The notes under the pieces are model-generated. The model was not told where the DNA came from and did no database searches. It was given only the letters and a program-made list of their open reading frames with translations. The position numbers and the translations under genes are program-made. Source: Patescibacteria group bacterium (lineage in GTDB: Bacteria; Patescibacteriota; Patescibacteriia; Patescibacteriales; UBA12465). From it: a DNA stretch of 47,971 nt. Numbering within the stretch: the first letter of the stretch is position 1; each line of letters begins with the position of its first letter. Below, in pieces: positions 19,861 to 29,078 of this stretch. The stretch lies in contig JBAZTY010000003.1 of NCBI GenBank assembly GCA_041661685.1, positions 135,550-183,520 on the forward strand, in the 5' to 3' direction.

Positions 19861-20819
19861 TCATTTCCTTATACGGCGCCGATTCTTTCCGCTCGCGGCG
19901 TTTTCTGCAAGAACTCAAGAATAAATTCATCAAAGACGTGGATCCGAATTCCCATAGTTTTAGCGTGGTCGACGGAGCTAGCGCGACCTTAGGCAGTATC
20001 AGCGAACAGATTAATACCGGCTCGCTCTTCGTCAAGAAAAGATTCGTCGTCATTGAAAACATCTTCAAGAACAAATCAGAAAGAATCTTCAGCGAACTAG
20101 CTCCTTATCTAGAAAAACTGGTTAAGAGCGATGAGAATATCCTGATTTTCCGCGACGAAGATATCGAAGGCAAGACTATGAAAGCGCCGGCTAAGAAATT
20201 ATTAGCCTTCTTCAAACTCCAGCCTTACACCCAAGAATTCAGAGCGCTCGCTCCGGCCCAGCTTCTAATATTCATCAAAAAAGAAGCGGCGCTCTATAAT
20301 AAGGGTATCAGCGCTCCGGCCGCATCCCTCTTAGTCGATCTGACTGGAGGAGACTTGTGGCAGATCAGCGCCGAGGTGAAAAAATTATCATTCCGCAATG
20401 ACGAGAAGATAATCAGCTCAGAGATGATTAGAGAAATGGTTCCGGGATCTTACGACGAAAATATTTTCGGCTTGACTGACGCTATCAGCGCTAAGAATAG
20501 AAAAACGGCCATCAGCTTGCTGGAAGAACAATATGCCGCCGGGCTGAGTGATGAATACTTATTGACCATGCTTACCCGCCAATTCAAAATCCTGCTCCAG
20601 ATCCGCGAAGCTCTCGACGCGAACATGAATCCGGCTGATATCGCCAGCCGCCTGAAAGTCCATCCCTATGTCGCTAAAAAAGGCGCGCAGCAGGCCAGGA
20701 ATTTCAGCGTCCCAATCCTGAAAGATTACCTCAATCGTCTGATCTATTTAGACTTTTCCAACAAAACCGGGCACGGCGACATCAAAACCGAGCTCAGCCT
20801 GCTCATTTCCGCTCTTTAA
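19857..20819 (+). CDS. holA: DNA polymerase III delta subunit
   Basis: LYGAD, SLF, GGDL..EVKKL, IFGLTDAI and KVHPYVAKK. Confidence 0.92.
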   Translation: MIISLYGADSFRSRRFLQELKNKFIKDVDPNSHSFSVVDGASATLGSISEQINTGSLFVKKRFVVIENIFKNKSERIFSELAPYLEKLVKSDENILIFRDEDIEGKTMKAPAKKLLAFFKLQPYTQEFRALAPAQLLIFIKKEAALYNKGISAPAASLLVDLTGGDLWQISAEVKKLSFRNDEKIISSEMIREMVPGSYDENIFGLTDAISAKNRKTAISLLEEQYAAGLSDEYLLTMLTRQFKILLQIREALDANMNPADIASRLKVHPYVAKKGAQQARNFSVPILKDYLNRLIYLDFSNKTGHGDIKTELSLLISAL

Positions 20820-20880
20820 TAAAATCACGAAAGCTTGCCTTTTTATTTATTATTTGTTATATTTTTACTCGTAAAATTAC

Positions 20881-20957
20881 GGGCAATTAGCTCAGTTGGT
20901 TAGAGCGCAACACTGATAATGTTGAGGTCGGAGGTTCGAATCCTCCATTGCCCACCA
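20881..20957 (+). tRNA. tRNA-Ile(GAU); CCA encoded
   Basis: Acceptor GGGCAAT/ATTGCCC; anticodon arm CAACA-CTGATAA-TGTTG. Confidence 0.97.
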
Positions 20958-21016
20958 ATTTCTAAGAATTGATCAGTCCGGCAGAGAAAAACAGAATAGC
21001 CAAGCCAAGAAATCAT

Positions 21017-21089
21017 AGCGGGGTAGAGCAGTTGGCAGCTCGCTAGGCCCATAACCTAGAGGTCGTCGGTTCGAGTCCGACCCCCGCAA
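21017..21089 (+). tRNA. Initiator-type tRNA-fMet(CAU), atypical
   Basis: A1xA72 mismatch, A11:U24, anticodon arm CTAGG-CCCATAA-CCTAG. Confidence 0.88.
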
Positions 21090-21113
21090 CAGGATAATTT
21101 GACAAATGAATAT

Positions 21114-21185
21114 GCCTCGGTAGCTCAGTGGTAGAGCAAAGGACTGAAAATCCTTGTGTCGTCAGTTCAATTCTGACCCGGGGCA
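21114..21185 (+). tRNA. tRNA-Phe(GAA)
   Basis: Acceptor GCCTCGG/CCGGGGC; anticodon arm AAGGA-CTGAAAA-TCCTT. Confidence 0.96.
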
Positions 21186-21247
21186 CACCAAGACAAAAGA
21201 TAAGCCCATACTCTATTTGTTATTGGGTTTATTTTTTTAAATAATTA

Positions 21248-21318
21248 CGGGGCGTCGTATACCGGTAGTACACATGCTTTGGGAGCATGCTGACTGGGTT
21301 CAATTCCCAGCGCCCCGA
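21248..21318 (+). tRNA. tRNA-Pro(UGG)
   Basis: Acceptor CGGGGCG/CGCCCCG; anticodon arm CATGC-TTTGGGA-GCATG. Confidence 0.93.
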
Positions 21319-21323
21319 CATAT

Positions 21324-21357
21324 AAAAACAGGTCTCTGAATAAGAGGCCTGTTTTTT
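21324..21357. terminator. Terminator after the tRNA cluster
   Basis: AAAAACAGGTCTCT-GAATA-AGAGGCCTGTTTTTT. Confidence 0.8.
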
Positions 21358-21422
21358 GTTTAACTATCATCGGCCGAATAAATAAAAAAGACCATCGCAA
21401 TAATGGCCTTTAAAAACTACTC

Positions 21423-21998
21423 TTAAACTTCTACGCAGCGCTTACCGGTATAGATGACAAAGGCGGACCTACTCCCGGCTTTATAATTTGAACAAGCGCC
21501 ATTAAATAGCACCTTGCCTTCCGACGACAACATCATGATGCCAGTTAATTTTCGCTCATTATCCCGAGCTTCAATTACGCGAACTTCGCGGCTGCCGGAT
21601 TTTGGCCTCTTCATGAATTCATCGCAATAACCAATTAACTTGCCAGACATAAATTTCCCGTCGACCTCATGGGCGGAAAAGAAAATTATCTTATCTCCGG
21701 TCGCATATTCTAGCCCCATACAGCTGGTCAGGCATTTGATAAGAACTGATTTAGTAATTCTATCAAGTTCTTCTCCTTTTCCGGCATATATCTTCCGGTG
21801 AAAAGAATCGACACAGACCCTCATAGTCTGCTGGCGACTTGAAAAATATAAAATATTAGTGAATCTCGGCGTAACGATCTCAAAATTCAGAAAATTTTGT
21901 TCACAATAATCATCTAAAACACCGATATTTCCGCCGCTGACTGCCTGAACTATCCCAGATTCAGTATCAACCCTGATGCCATTTAATTCCTGTATCAT
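21423..21998 (-). CDS. Hypothetical protein
   Basis: 191-aa ORF with no recognised motif; convergent with the tRNA cluster. Confidence 0.6.
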   Translation of the reverse strand: MIQELNGIRVDTESGIVQAVSGGNIGVLDDYCEQNFLNFEIVTPRFTNILYFSSRQQTMRVCVDSFHRKIYAGKGEELDRITKSVLIKCLTSCMGLEYATGDKIIFFSAHEVDGKFMSGKLIGYCDEFMKRPKSGSREVRVIEARDNERKLTGIMMLSSEGKVLFNGACSNYKAGSRSAFVIYTGKRCVEV

Positions 21999-22082
21999 GA
22001 CTAAATATTTTATGGTTATTATTTAATTTTTAAATTGCTATTCACGTTATATTATAACCGGACCAAAAAATTGTCAACGAAG

Positions 22083-23192
22083 CTATTGCTTGATTATGGC
22101 AGCGGTTTTCTTCGGTCTATTCAATAATCCGACAACTTTCTGTGCTCCCCAGCCTATGCCGACAAACAAAGCAAGATACAATATTGTCGCTAACCAATCC
22201 GGCATAAAGCCGTAAAAAATATTATAACGATATAGAATCGGCCAATGCCAGAGATAAATCTCGTAAGAGAATAATCCGAAAATAGAAAATAGCTTGAATT
22301 CCGTCTTCTTCATCACAAACACCAGGATAATGGTCGCAACAGCAATAAGGCTCATCCATTGCTCCTTGGAAGCGCTTTCGCCAATGCCCGAATGAATATT
22401 CGCATAAACGAAGACCGCCAGTACGCCAAGCATCACTAAATAATAACCGACCATCCGCCAGCCCTTAGATAATCTTTCTAATATTTCGGCATTCGGTAAT
22501 TTTGTCACTGCCCAAGCCGCGAAGACACCGAGCGGAAAAGCGATAGTATGAACCTTATAAAGATGCAAAACGTCATAAAGGAAAACTGGCTCAAAACGCA
22601 CTAACGCTTCCCCGGCGGCCAATAAAATAATTGCCGTCAGCCAAGGGCGCTTCTTAGAAAACACCAATGGGAATAATAAATAATAGAAAAGGATAAAAGT
22701 GAAATACCATAACGGCGAATTTATATCTCTGTACAGATCGGCGCTCGTAAAAACCCCGAAAATCGCCTTGCCGATAAAAACCAAAGAATAACTTTTTCCG
22801 AGAATAAAAAAATCAGCCACCAAGAAAACAACTAACGCCAGCCAAAAGGGCGTGAATAACTTTAGCAAACGGCGCTTATAAAACTGCCAAGGGGTCAGAT
22901 CTTTCTGCAGGCTGCTAGCGGCTATGCCGAAACCTGACAAAAATAAAAATAAATTAACGCCGACGCCAGCCATGATCGACAGCGGCCAGAGGAAACGATG
23001 GTCAGAAACTAAAAAATAGCCGATATGTGAAATAACAATCATGAGGATTGCCGCCCCTTTTAACTCGGTCGTAAGAGATATCGGGAACCATTCAGAAATT
23101 TTTCGCGGCCTGACGGAAATAAAAAGGGCCACAAAAAATAAAACCGAAAATATCCAAGTCGCCTGGATCGGATTACTGATTGATATGATCAT
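22083..23192 (-). CDS. Acyltransferase family 3 (OafA-like) membrane O-acyltransferase
   Basis: LKGAAILMIVISH, GVNLFLFLSGFG, FYKRRLLKL, LWY and SYEIYLWHW. Confidence 0.9.
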   Translation of the reverse strand: MIISISNPIQATWIFSVLFFVALFISVRPRKISEWFPISLTTELKGAAILMIVISHIGYFLVSDHRFLWPLSIMAGVGVNLFLFLSGFGIAASSLQKDLTPWQFYKRRLLKLFTPFWLALVVFLVADFFILGKSYSLVFIGKAIFGVFTSADLYRDINSPLWYFTFILFYYLLFPLVFSKKRPWLTAIILLAAGEALVRFEPVFLYDVLHLYKVHTIAFPLGVFAAWAVTKLPNAEILERLSKGWRMVGYYLVMLGVLAVFVYANIHSGIGESASKEQWMSLIAVATIILVFVMKKTEFKLFSIFGLFSYEIYLWHWPILYRYNIFYGFMPDWLATILYLALFVGIGWGAQKVVGLLNRPKKTAAIIKQ

Positions 23193-23937
23193 AAATTATG
23201 TCCGCCCAGAGCTTATAGCCGGTCACGGAAGGATGAAATAAATCTTTTGAATAATGATCGCCGTCGCGCTTGAATAAATCGACAGTCGGCGCATACAAAT
23301 CTATATACTGGACAGCATACTTATCAGCCAGATCCGTAATGATGCCATTGAATTCTCTCGTTCGCAAGTCGAATATCGACTGATAAGGAGGAAGCATTAA
23401 TTCTTCGGAACCAATAAAAGGGATATTAATGACATAGACCACGGCTTTCGTTTCCTTTTTCAAACGGCTCAATATCGTTTCATAATTCTTCGCGAACTCT
23501 TTAGCGGAAACCTTATTATGAATATCATTGACTCCGATCAGTAGCGTAACGACATCCGGATTATCCTTGATCGCAAGCGGCAGATAATCGGTAACGACGT
23601 CGGCAGTGCCGGCTCCCGGGACAGAATAATTATTCAAAAGCACCTGCTTATCATAACCAGTCAGCTTCTCGGCTAAAAGATAAGGCAGCATCTCCGAATA
23701 TTTATCGGTGCCGACTCCGGCAGTCAGACTATCGCCCAGAGCCGCATAAACAAGAGTAGTAGTCGCCGTGCCATTCATATTATTTATAAGATAAGTTTCC
23801 CCAACCTCTACCGGCTTTAAATTAGCCGCGCCCAAAACCCCGTAAATATGAGAATAGGCCCGATTCAGATAAATACTCAGGAGAATAATGGCGACAAAGA
23901 CTAATACTAAGATTTTCTTAAAATTATGGCTGTTCAT
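23173..23937 (-). CDS. SGNH/GDSL hydrolase with N-terminal membrane anchor
   Basis: LGDSL, PGA, GVND and DLFHP catalytic blocks. ATG at 23937 preferred. Confidence 0.9.
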   Translation of the reverse strand: MNSHNFKKILVLVFVAIILLSIYLNRAYSHIYGVLGAANLKPVEVGETYLINNMNGTATTTLVYAALGDSLTAGVGTDKYSEMLPYLLAEKLTGYDKQVLLNNYSVPGAGTADVVTDYLPLAIKDNPDVVTLLIGVNDIHNKVSAKEFAKNYETILSRLKKETKAVVYVINIPFIGSEELMLPPYQSIFDLRTREFNGIITDLADKYAVQYIDLYAPTVDLFKRDGDHYSKDLFHPSVTGYKLWADIIYDHINQ

Positions 23938-24029
23938 ACCAATATTATATACTAAAATCATCTTGGCGACCAATATTAAACCATTAAAAAGCCCCGAGTT
24001 TCAAAAATTTAGAAACTGCGGGGCAATCT

Positions 24030-24641
24030 TTACTGCTTTCTATTAAGAAGGCGCTTTAAATACCTCCAAACATTCTTAAATAAAAGAGTAAAAGTCATCG
24101 GGTCGATACTTTCAGGAACTGGAGCCATCCTAAAGAACACGCGCGTATCACCTGTCCCTAGCCAGACATAATTATAATCCAGCCGTCCAGCAGAAGCGCG
24201 AAATAGCTTCTTTGACTTGCTAGAACGAGGTCCTACCCGGAGCACGAATAAATTTTCAGCTAAATTTTCTGGGTTTACTGGCAGATGCTCATCTAACTTG
24301 CAAAGAAAAAAATTCATACAAGGTGAAAGCTTCCCAGAATAACTTTCATATAATTTAGCGGCTTGGCTTTGAGAAACCCATTTATATTCCCAATCTCCGG
24401 GAACAGCCCCAAAAATTTCTAAAAAATTCGCATCTCTAATAATTTCGCTAGCGCAAAAAGATGCTGCTGGTGTTGGCTTTCCTGGCCGCCCCTCATTAAG
24501 GACGGTTAAGCTAGGCAGGATCGTCAGGGACTCCAATACCTTACCGACTCCCACTTTGGTCTGGCCATCAAGAGCGGGGATCATAAGATTCTGCCCATCA
24601 GGGACAGGCCTTAAAATAGGACTTCCTTCTACTTTATCCAT
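24030..24641 (-). CDS. Hypothetical protein
   Basis: 203-aa ORF with an AT-rich upstream region and a downstream hairpin. Confidence 0.65.
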   Translation of the reverse strand: MDKVEGSPILRPVPDGQNLMIPALDGQTKVGVGKVLESLTILPSLTVLNEGRPGKPTPAASFCASEIIRDANFLEIFGAVPGDWEYKWVSQSQAAKLYESYSGKLSPCMNFFLCKLDEHLPVNPENLAENLFVLRVGPRSSKSKKLFRASAGRLDYNYVWLGTGDTRVFFRMAPVPESIDPMTFTLLFKNVWRYLKRLLNRKQ

Positions 24642-24841
24642 AACTTATTGATTTTTTAAGGTAAATTATCAGAATATTTATTTTTCATTCGGACTTTATA
24701 TTAAACCATAAAAAATCAATCAAGTCAAGATTAACAGTCAAAAACAATAATTAAGCCCGAATCTTAGAAAGACTTGATTTTTGTTTACTATTATGTTAAT
24801 GTTTCCCTATATTAATTAACTAAATAATTTAGAAATTCCGT

Positions 24842-25102
24842 ATGCCAAACAAGAAATCGGCAGCTAAAGAACTGCGCAAAGCCGTTAAAAGAAGCGCTGC
24901 CAATAAAAAAGTTTCCGCTAAATTGAAAGATTTGGTCAAAACCAGCTTAAAGCAGATCAAGGCCGGCGATAAGAAGATCAAAGAAGAATACACCAAGACT
25001 ATCAAGGCTATTGATAAGGCGACCAAAAAGGGCGTCATCAAGAAGAATACCGCTTCTCGCAAGAAATCGAGACTAATGAAAAAAATCAACGCTTTAAAAT
25101 AA
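24842..25102 (+). CDS. rpsT: 30S ribosomal protein S20
   Basis: MPNKKSAAK...IDKATKKGVIKKNTASRKKSRL. Confidence 0.97.
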   Translation: MPNKKSAAKELRKAVKRSAANKKVSAKLKDLVKTSLKQIKAGDKKIKEEYTKTIKAIDKATKKGVIKKNTASRKKSRLMKKINALK

Positions 25103-25179
25103 GCGCTTTTAATAATTAATGTACTCTTTCTTGGATGCGGACTGATTGACCGCTTCTCGGATAGAGCGAATAAAAACCT

Positions 25180-25554
25180 ATGTTAGACAAGAAAAACAAG
25201 GAAAAAATCATCAAGAAGTTCCGCGTCCATGACACTGACACCGGTTCTTCTCAGGTCCAGATCGCTATCCTGACCGAAGAGATCAAGGAACTGACCGAGC
25301 ACTTAAAGAAGCACAAGCATGATTTCTCTTCCCGCCGCGGCTTATTGAAGAAAGTCGGCGAAAGACGCAAGCTCCTCAAGTACTTACAGAAAGAGAATGC
25401 CGAACAATTCAAGGAGCTGACTGACAAGTTGAAGCTCAAGATCGCTCAGAAACTGGAAGAAGAGGAAGAAGAGGAAAAGAAGAAGGAAAAGAAGTATATC
25501 GAGGCTGAAGAAGGCGAAGAGATCAAGGAAGAAGCCATCGAAGAGGTAAAATAA
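25180..25554 (+). CDS. rpsO: 30S ribosomal protein S15 with acidic C-terminal extension
   Basis: [13 protein letters not shown] and [13 protein letters not shown]. Confidence 0.97.
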   Translation: MLDKKNKEKIIKKFRVHDTDTGSSQVQIAILTEEIKELTEHLKKHKHDFSSRRGLLKKVGERRKLLKYLQKENAEQFKELTDKLKLKIAQKLEEEEEEEKKKEKKYIEAEEGEEIKEEAIEEVK

Positions 25555-25563
25555 CCATTAAAT

Positions 25564-26064
25564 ATGATAAAACATACAGAACAACGAGTCGGAATCCTGG
25601 TAGATGTTTCTAACATGTATCATTCGGCTAAGAATCTGTATAATCGTAAAGTAAATTTTAAGGAGATCTTAGCTAAAGCAGTGGCCGACCGGAAACTTAT
25701 CCGGGCCACTGCTTATGCTATCCGGACAGAAAACCAAGAAGAGTCACCTTTTATCGAGGCTCTTGATCAGCAAGGATTTGAAGTGAAAATGAAGGATCTA
25801 CAAATCTTCGCCGGCGGCGCCAAGAAGGGCGACTGGGATGTGGGCATCGCTATCGATGCTATCAAGCTGGCAGATAAGTTAGACGTTATCGTCATAGTTT
25901 CCGGCGATGGCGACTATTTGCCTTTGGTATCATACCTGCAGAACAATAAAGGCTGTCTCGTCGAAATCATGGCTTTCCGTAAAACCTGCTCTTCTAAATT
26001 AATAGAAGAGGCCGATGATTTTACTGATCTAAGCTCGAGCAAGAAATTCCTGCTTTATCGCTAA
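25564..26064 (+). CDS. NYN domain (LabA/DUF88, PIN-like) protein
   Basis: VDVSNM, KGDWDVGIAID and SGDGDYLPL. Confidence 0.9.
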   Translation: MIKHTEQRVGILVDVSNMYHSAKNLYNRKVNFKEILAKAVADRKLIRATAYAIRTENQEESPFIEALDQQGFEVKMKDLQIFAGGAKKGDWDVGIAIDAIKLADKLDVIVIVSGDGDYLPLVSYLQNNKGCLVEIMAFRKTCSSKLIEEADDFTDLSSSKKFLLYR

Positions 26065-26165
26065 TTAAAATTTAAATAAGCTAATAAATTAATAAGCCTG
26101 ACCGATAAATAGATAGCGCTGTATATCTATACAGTTCTGTAATTTAGCGGCCAAGCAGAAACAAA

Positions 26166-28439
26166 ATGAAAAAAGTATTCACCGGGGAGTGGCTGGGCCG
26201 CCCTCTCACTATTACGACCGGACATGTCGCCATGCAAGCTGATGCGGCCGTCTGGGTCCAGTACGGCGAGACCGTCGTCCAGGCGACCGTCGTCCAATCT
26301 AAGACCGAGCGCGAAGGCATTGATTTCTTCCCGCTCATGGTTGATTTTGAAGAAAAGCTATATGCCGCCGGCATCATCAAAGGTTCTCAATGGATCAAGC
26401 GCGAAGGCCGCCCGACTGATTTATCAGTCTTGACCGGCCGCATGATCGACCGCACTATCCGCCCTCTATTTGAAACCGAGGACAAGCGCGATATCCAGGT
26501 CATCATCACGACTTTAGCTGTCGACCAAGAGAACGATTACGATATCGTCGCCCTGATCGCGGCTTCAGCGGCCTTAGCTATCTCCGGATTAAAATGGCAT
26601 GGCCCGATTGGCGGCGTCCGCGTTGGGTTAATAGAAGATAAGTTCATCTTCAATCCGACTTATGAAGAACAGGCGAAGAGCTCATTAGACCTCATCGTCG
26701 CCGGCACTGCCGGCAAGGTAATCATGATTGAGGCTGGAGCTAACGAAGTTCCGGAAGACGTTATGCTGAAGGCAATCTTGGCCGGACGCGATCAGATGCA
26801 AGGCGCTATCGACCTGATCAATAAGTTAAAGGCTGATGTCGCTCCGAGAAAAATCGCTACGGACGGCAAGAAAAATGGCACTCCGGAAGAACAGCAGGCG
26901 GCGGCCGACAAGCAAGCTCTACTCGCTATCGGCGAAGCTTGGCTGAAAGAAAATATCAAGAATATTTTATTTAACAAGGATTACTATACTAAAGGCGAGA
27001 GAAAATTAGCTGTTGCCGCTATCAAAGAAGGCTTGGAAGCTCATTTGATTTCCCAGGGCTTAACCGGCGACAAACGCGGCTTCATCATCAAGAAATTAGT
27101 GGAGAAGATGATCGATGCGGAAATTACCGAAGCTATCCTGAAAGATAAGCATCGCGTTGATGGCCGCGCGCTCAACGAAATCCGCGGCTTATCCGCTGAA
27201 GTCGCTGTCCTGCCTCGCGATCACGGCACTTCCCTCTTCTCCCGCGGCGAAACTCAGGTCATGTCTATTGTTACCTTAGGCGCTCCCGGCTTAGAACAGT
27301 CTTTAGAAGGCCTCGAAGGCAAGAGCAAGAAGAGATACATGCATCATTATAACTTCCCGCCATATTCAGTCGGCGAAGCTTCCCCTTTGCGCGGCACTGG
27401 CAGACGCGAGGTCGGCCATGGCGCTTTAGCGGAAAAGGCTTTGATGCCAGTCGTACCGACCAAAGAAGAATTCCCTTATACTGTCCGCGTTGTCAGCGAA
27501 ACTTTGGGTTCTAACGGTTCTTCTTCCATGGCTTCTACTTGTGCTTCTACTTTAGCCTTAATGGACGCTGGCGTCCCGATCAAGAGACCGGTGGTCGGCA
27601 TCGCCATGGGGCTTGCCTCTAATCATGATATGAGCCAATGGACAGTCTTAACCGATATCCAAGATCTAGAAGATGGCGATGGCGGCATGGACTTTAAGAT
27701 TACCGGCACAGAAAAAGGCTTAACTGCTATTCAATTAGATACTAAAACTATTGGCTTAAGCGATGCCATCATCACTCAGACTTTATCTCAAGGCCGCGAA
27801 GCTTTGAATCAGATTTTAGGCGTCATTAAATCAGCTATCGCTGAACCGCGCGCGGAATTATCAAAATATGCTCCGAGACTGGTCAGCTTCACTATTGATC
27901 CTGAAAAGATCGGCGCCATCATCGGTCCGGGCGGTAAAGTCATTAACAGAATCATTGATGAGACTGGCGTCTCTATCGATATCGAGGATAGCGGCTTAGT
28001 CATGATCTGCGGCACTGATGCCGCTATGGTCGAAGAAGCCGTCAGACAGGTCAAGGAAATCATCCATGTCTTTGCCGCTGGCGAGATCGTTAAAGGCAAA
28101 GTCGTCAGAATACTAGACTTCGGCGCTTTCGTCTCTCTGAATGCCAGCCAGGACGGCATGGTCCATGTCAGTGAGTTGGCTCCTTACCGCGTTGAAAAAC
28201 CATCCGACTTCTTAACCGTCGGCGACATGGTTACCGTCAAAATCAAAGAAATCGACGATCAAGGCCGCGTCAACCTAACGATGAAAGGATTAGAAGAGAA
28301 TGCCCCTCTCTGGGTAGCAGAGAAAGGCAAATCCACGGGCAGTTCTTTCGGCGGCGGCAGCCGTCCGAGCTTCGGCGGAGGCAGTCGTTCCGGCGGTTCA
28401 AGTCGTCCGAGCTTCGGCGACAGACGCCCGAGAGTCTAA
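26166..28439 (+). CDS. pnp: Polyribonucleotide nucleotidyltransferase
   Basis: DFFPL, RGETQ, RREVGHG, SNGSSSMAS and GMDFK, plus KH and S1 domains. Confidence 0.98.
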   Translation: MKKVFTGEWLGRPLTITTGHVAMQADAAVWVQYGETVVQATVVQSKTEREGIDFFPLMVDFEEKLYAAGIIKGSQWIKREGRPTDLSVLTGRMIDRTIRPLFETEDKRDIQVIITTLAVDQENDYDIVALIAASAALAISGLKWHGPIGGVRVGLIEDKFIFNPTYEEQAKSSLDLIVAGTAGKVIMIEAGANEVPEDVMLKAILAGRDQMQGAIDLINKLKADVAPRKIATDGKKNGTPEEQQAAADKQALLAIGEAWLKENIKNILFNKDYYTKGERKLAVAAIKEGLEAHLISQGLTGDKRGFIIKKLVEKMIDAEITEAILKDKHRVDGRALNEIRGLSAEVAVLPRDHGTSLFSRGETQVMSIVTLGAPGLEQSLEGLEGKSKKRYMHHYNFPPYSVGEASPLRGTGRREVGHGALAEKALMPVVPTKEEFPYTVRVVSETLGSNGSSSMASTCASTLALMDAGVPIKRPVVGIAMGLASNHDMSQWTVLTDIQDLEDGDGGMDFKITGTEKGLTAIQLDTKTIGLSDAIITQTLSQGREALNQILGVIKSAIAEPRAELSKYAPRLVSFTIDPEKIGAIIGPGGKVINRIIDETGVSIDIEDSGLVMICGTDAAMVEEAVRQVKEIIHVFAAGEIVKGKVVRILDFGAFVSLNASQDGMVHVSELAPYRVEKPSDFLTVGDMVTVKIKEIDDQGRVNLTMKGLEENAPLWVAEKGKSTGSSFGGGSRPSFGGGSRSGGSSRPSFGDRRPRV

Positions 28440-28461
28440 ACTCTCGGTTAAAACCTTAATA

Positions 28462-28490
28462 TTGACTTTTATTTAAGAATAAGTTATTAT
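28462..28490 (+). promoter_or_regulatory. Sigma70 promoter for rpsP
   Basis: TTGACT-17-TATTAT. Confidence 0.6.
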
Positions 28491-28523
28491 TTTTCAATAA
28501 AAATAATACCGAAAAAAAACCTT

Positions 28524-28931
28524 ATGTTAGCAATTAAATTAGCGAAAACTGGCAAGACCAACAAGAAAATGTTCCGGGTGATCATTTCTGAAAAAGGCCG
28601 TGATCCGTACGGAGATGTTTTAGAAATCTTGGGTTCCTATAACCCTCATTCTAAGGAATTAGCCGTCAAGGCCGATAGAGTCAAATATTGGCTTTCTAAA
28701 GGCGCTCAGATGACCGCAACTATTAATAACCTTTTGATCGAAAAGAAGATCATCGAAGGCGAAAAAGCGACGGCGTCAAAAGCCAAGAAGACTAGCGAAA
28801 AACGCTTAGGTCAGATCAAGGCTAAGGCCGATAAGAAAACCGCTCGCGAGGCCGCTCCGGTCGTCGAGACTCCGGCTGCTGAAGCTCCGGTTGCCGAAGA
28901 AACCCCAGCTGAAGAAGTTAAGACCGAATAA
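28524..28931 (+). CDS. rpsP: 30S ribosomal protein S16
   Basis: LEILGSYNP and YWLSKGAQ, with an Ala/Glu/Pro tail. Confidence 0.96.
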   Translation: MLAIKLAKTGKTNKKMFRVIISEKGRDPYGDVLEILGSYNPHSKELAVKADRVKYWLSKGAQMTATINNLLIEKKIIEGEKATASKAKKTSEKRLGQIKAKADKKTAREAAPVVETPAAEAPVAEETPAEEVKTE

Positions 28932-28950
28932 ATTACGGGTAAAAGCCAAA

Positions 28951-28979
28951 TTGACACCGTAGATTAAAAAAGTTATAAT
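28951..28979 (+). promoter_or_regulatory. Perfect consensus sigma70 promoter upstream of khpA
   Basis: TTGACA-17-TATAAT. Confidence 0.8.
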
Positions 28980-29078
28980 TATCGATATAAAGCTGCTGAT
29001 GTGGCAGTTATTTAATAACAATTCTTTCCGTTTACCCGGATGAAAATCCGACCCAAGCTGGAAAGACGAATGAAAACT

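Noticed and set aside
21324..24700. Possible integrated element downstream of the tRNA cluster
   Set aside because: No integrase and no duplicated tRNA 3' end (att site) seen.
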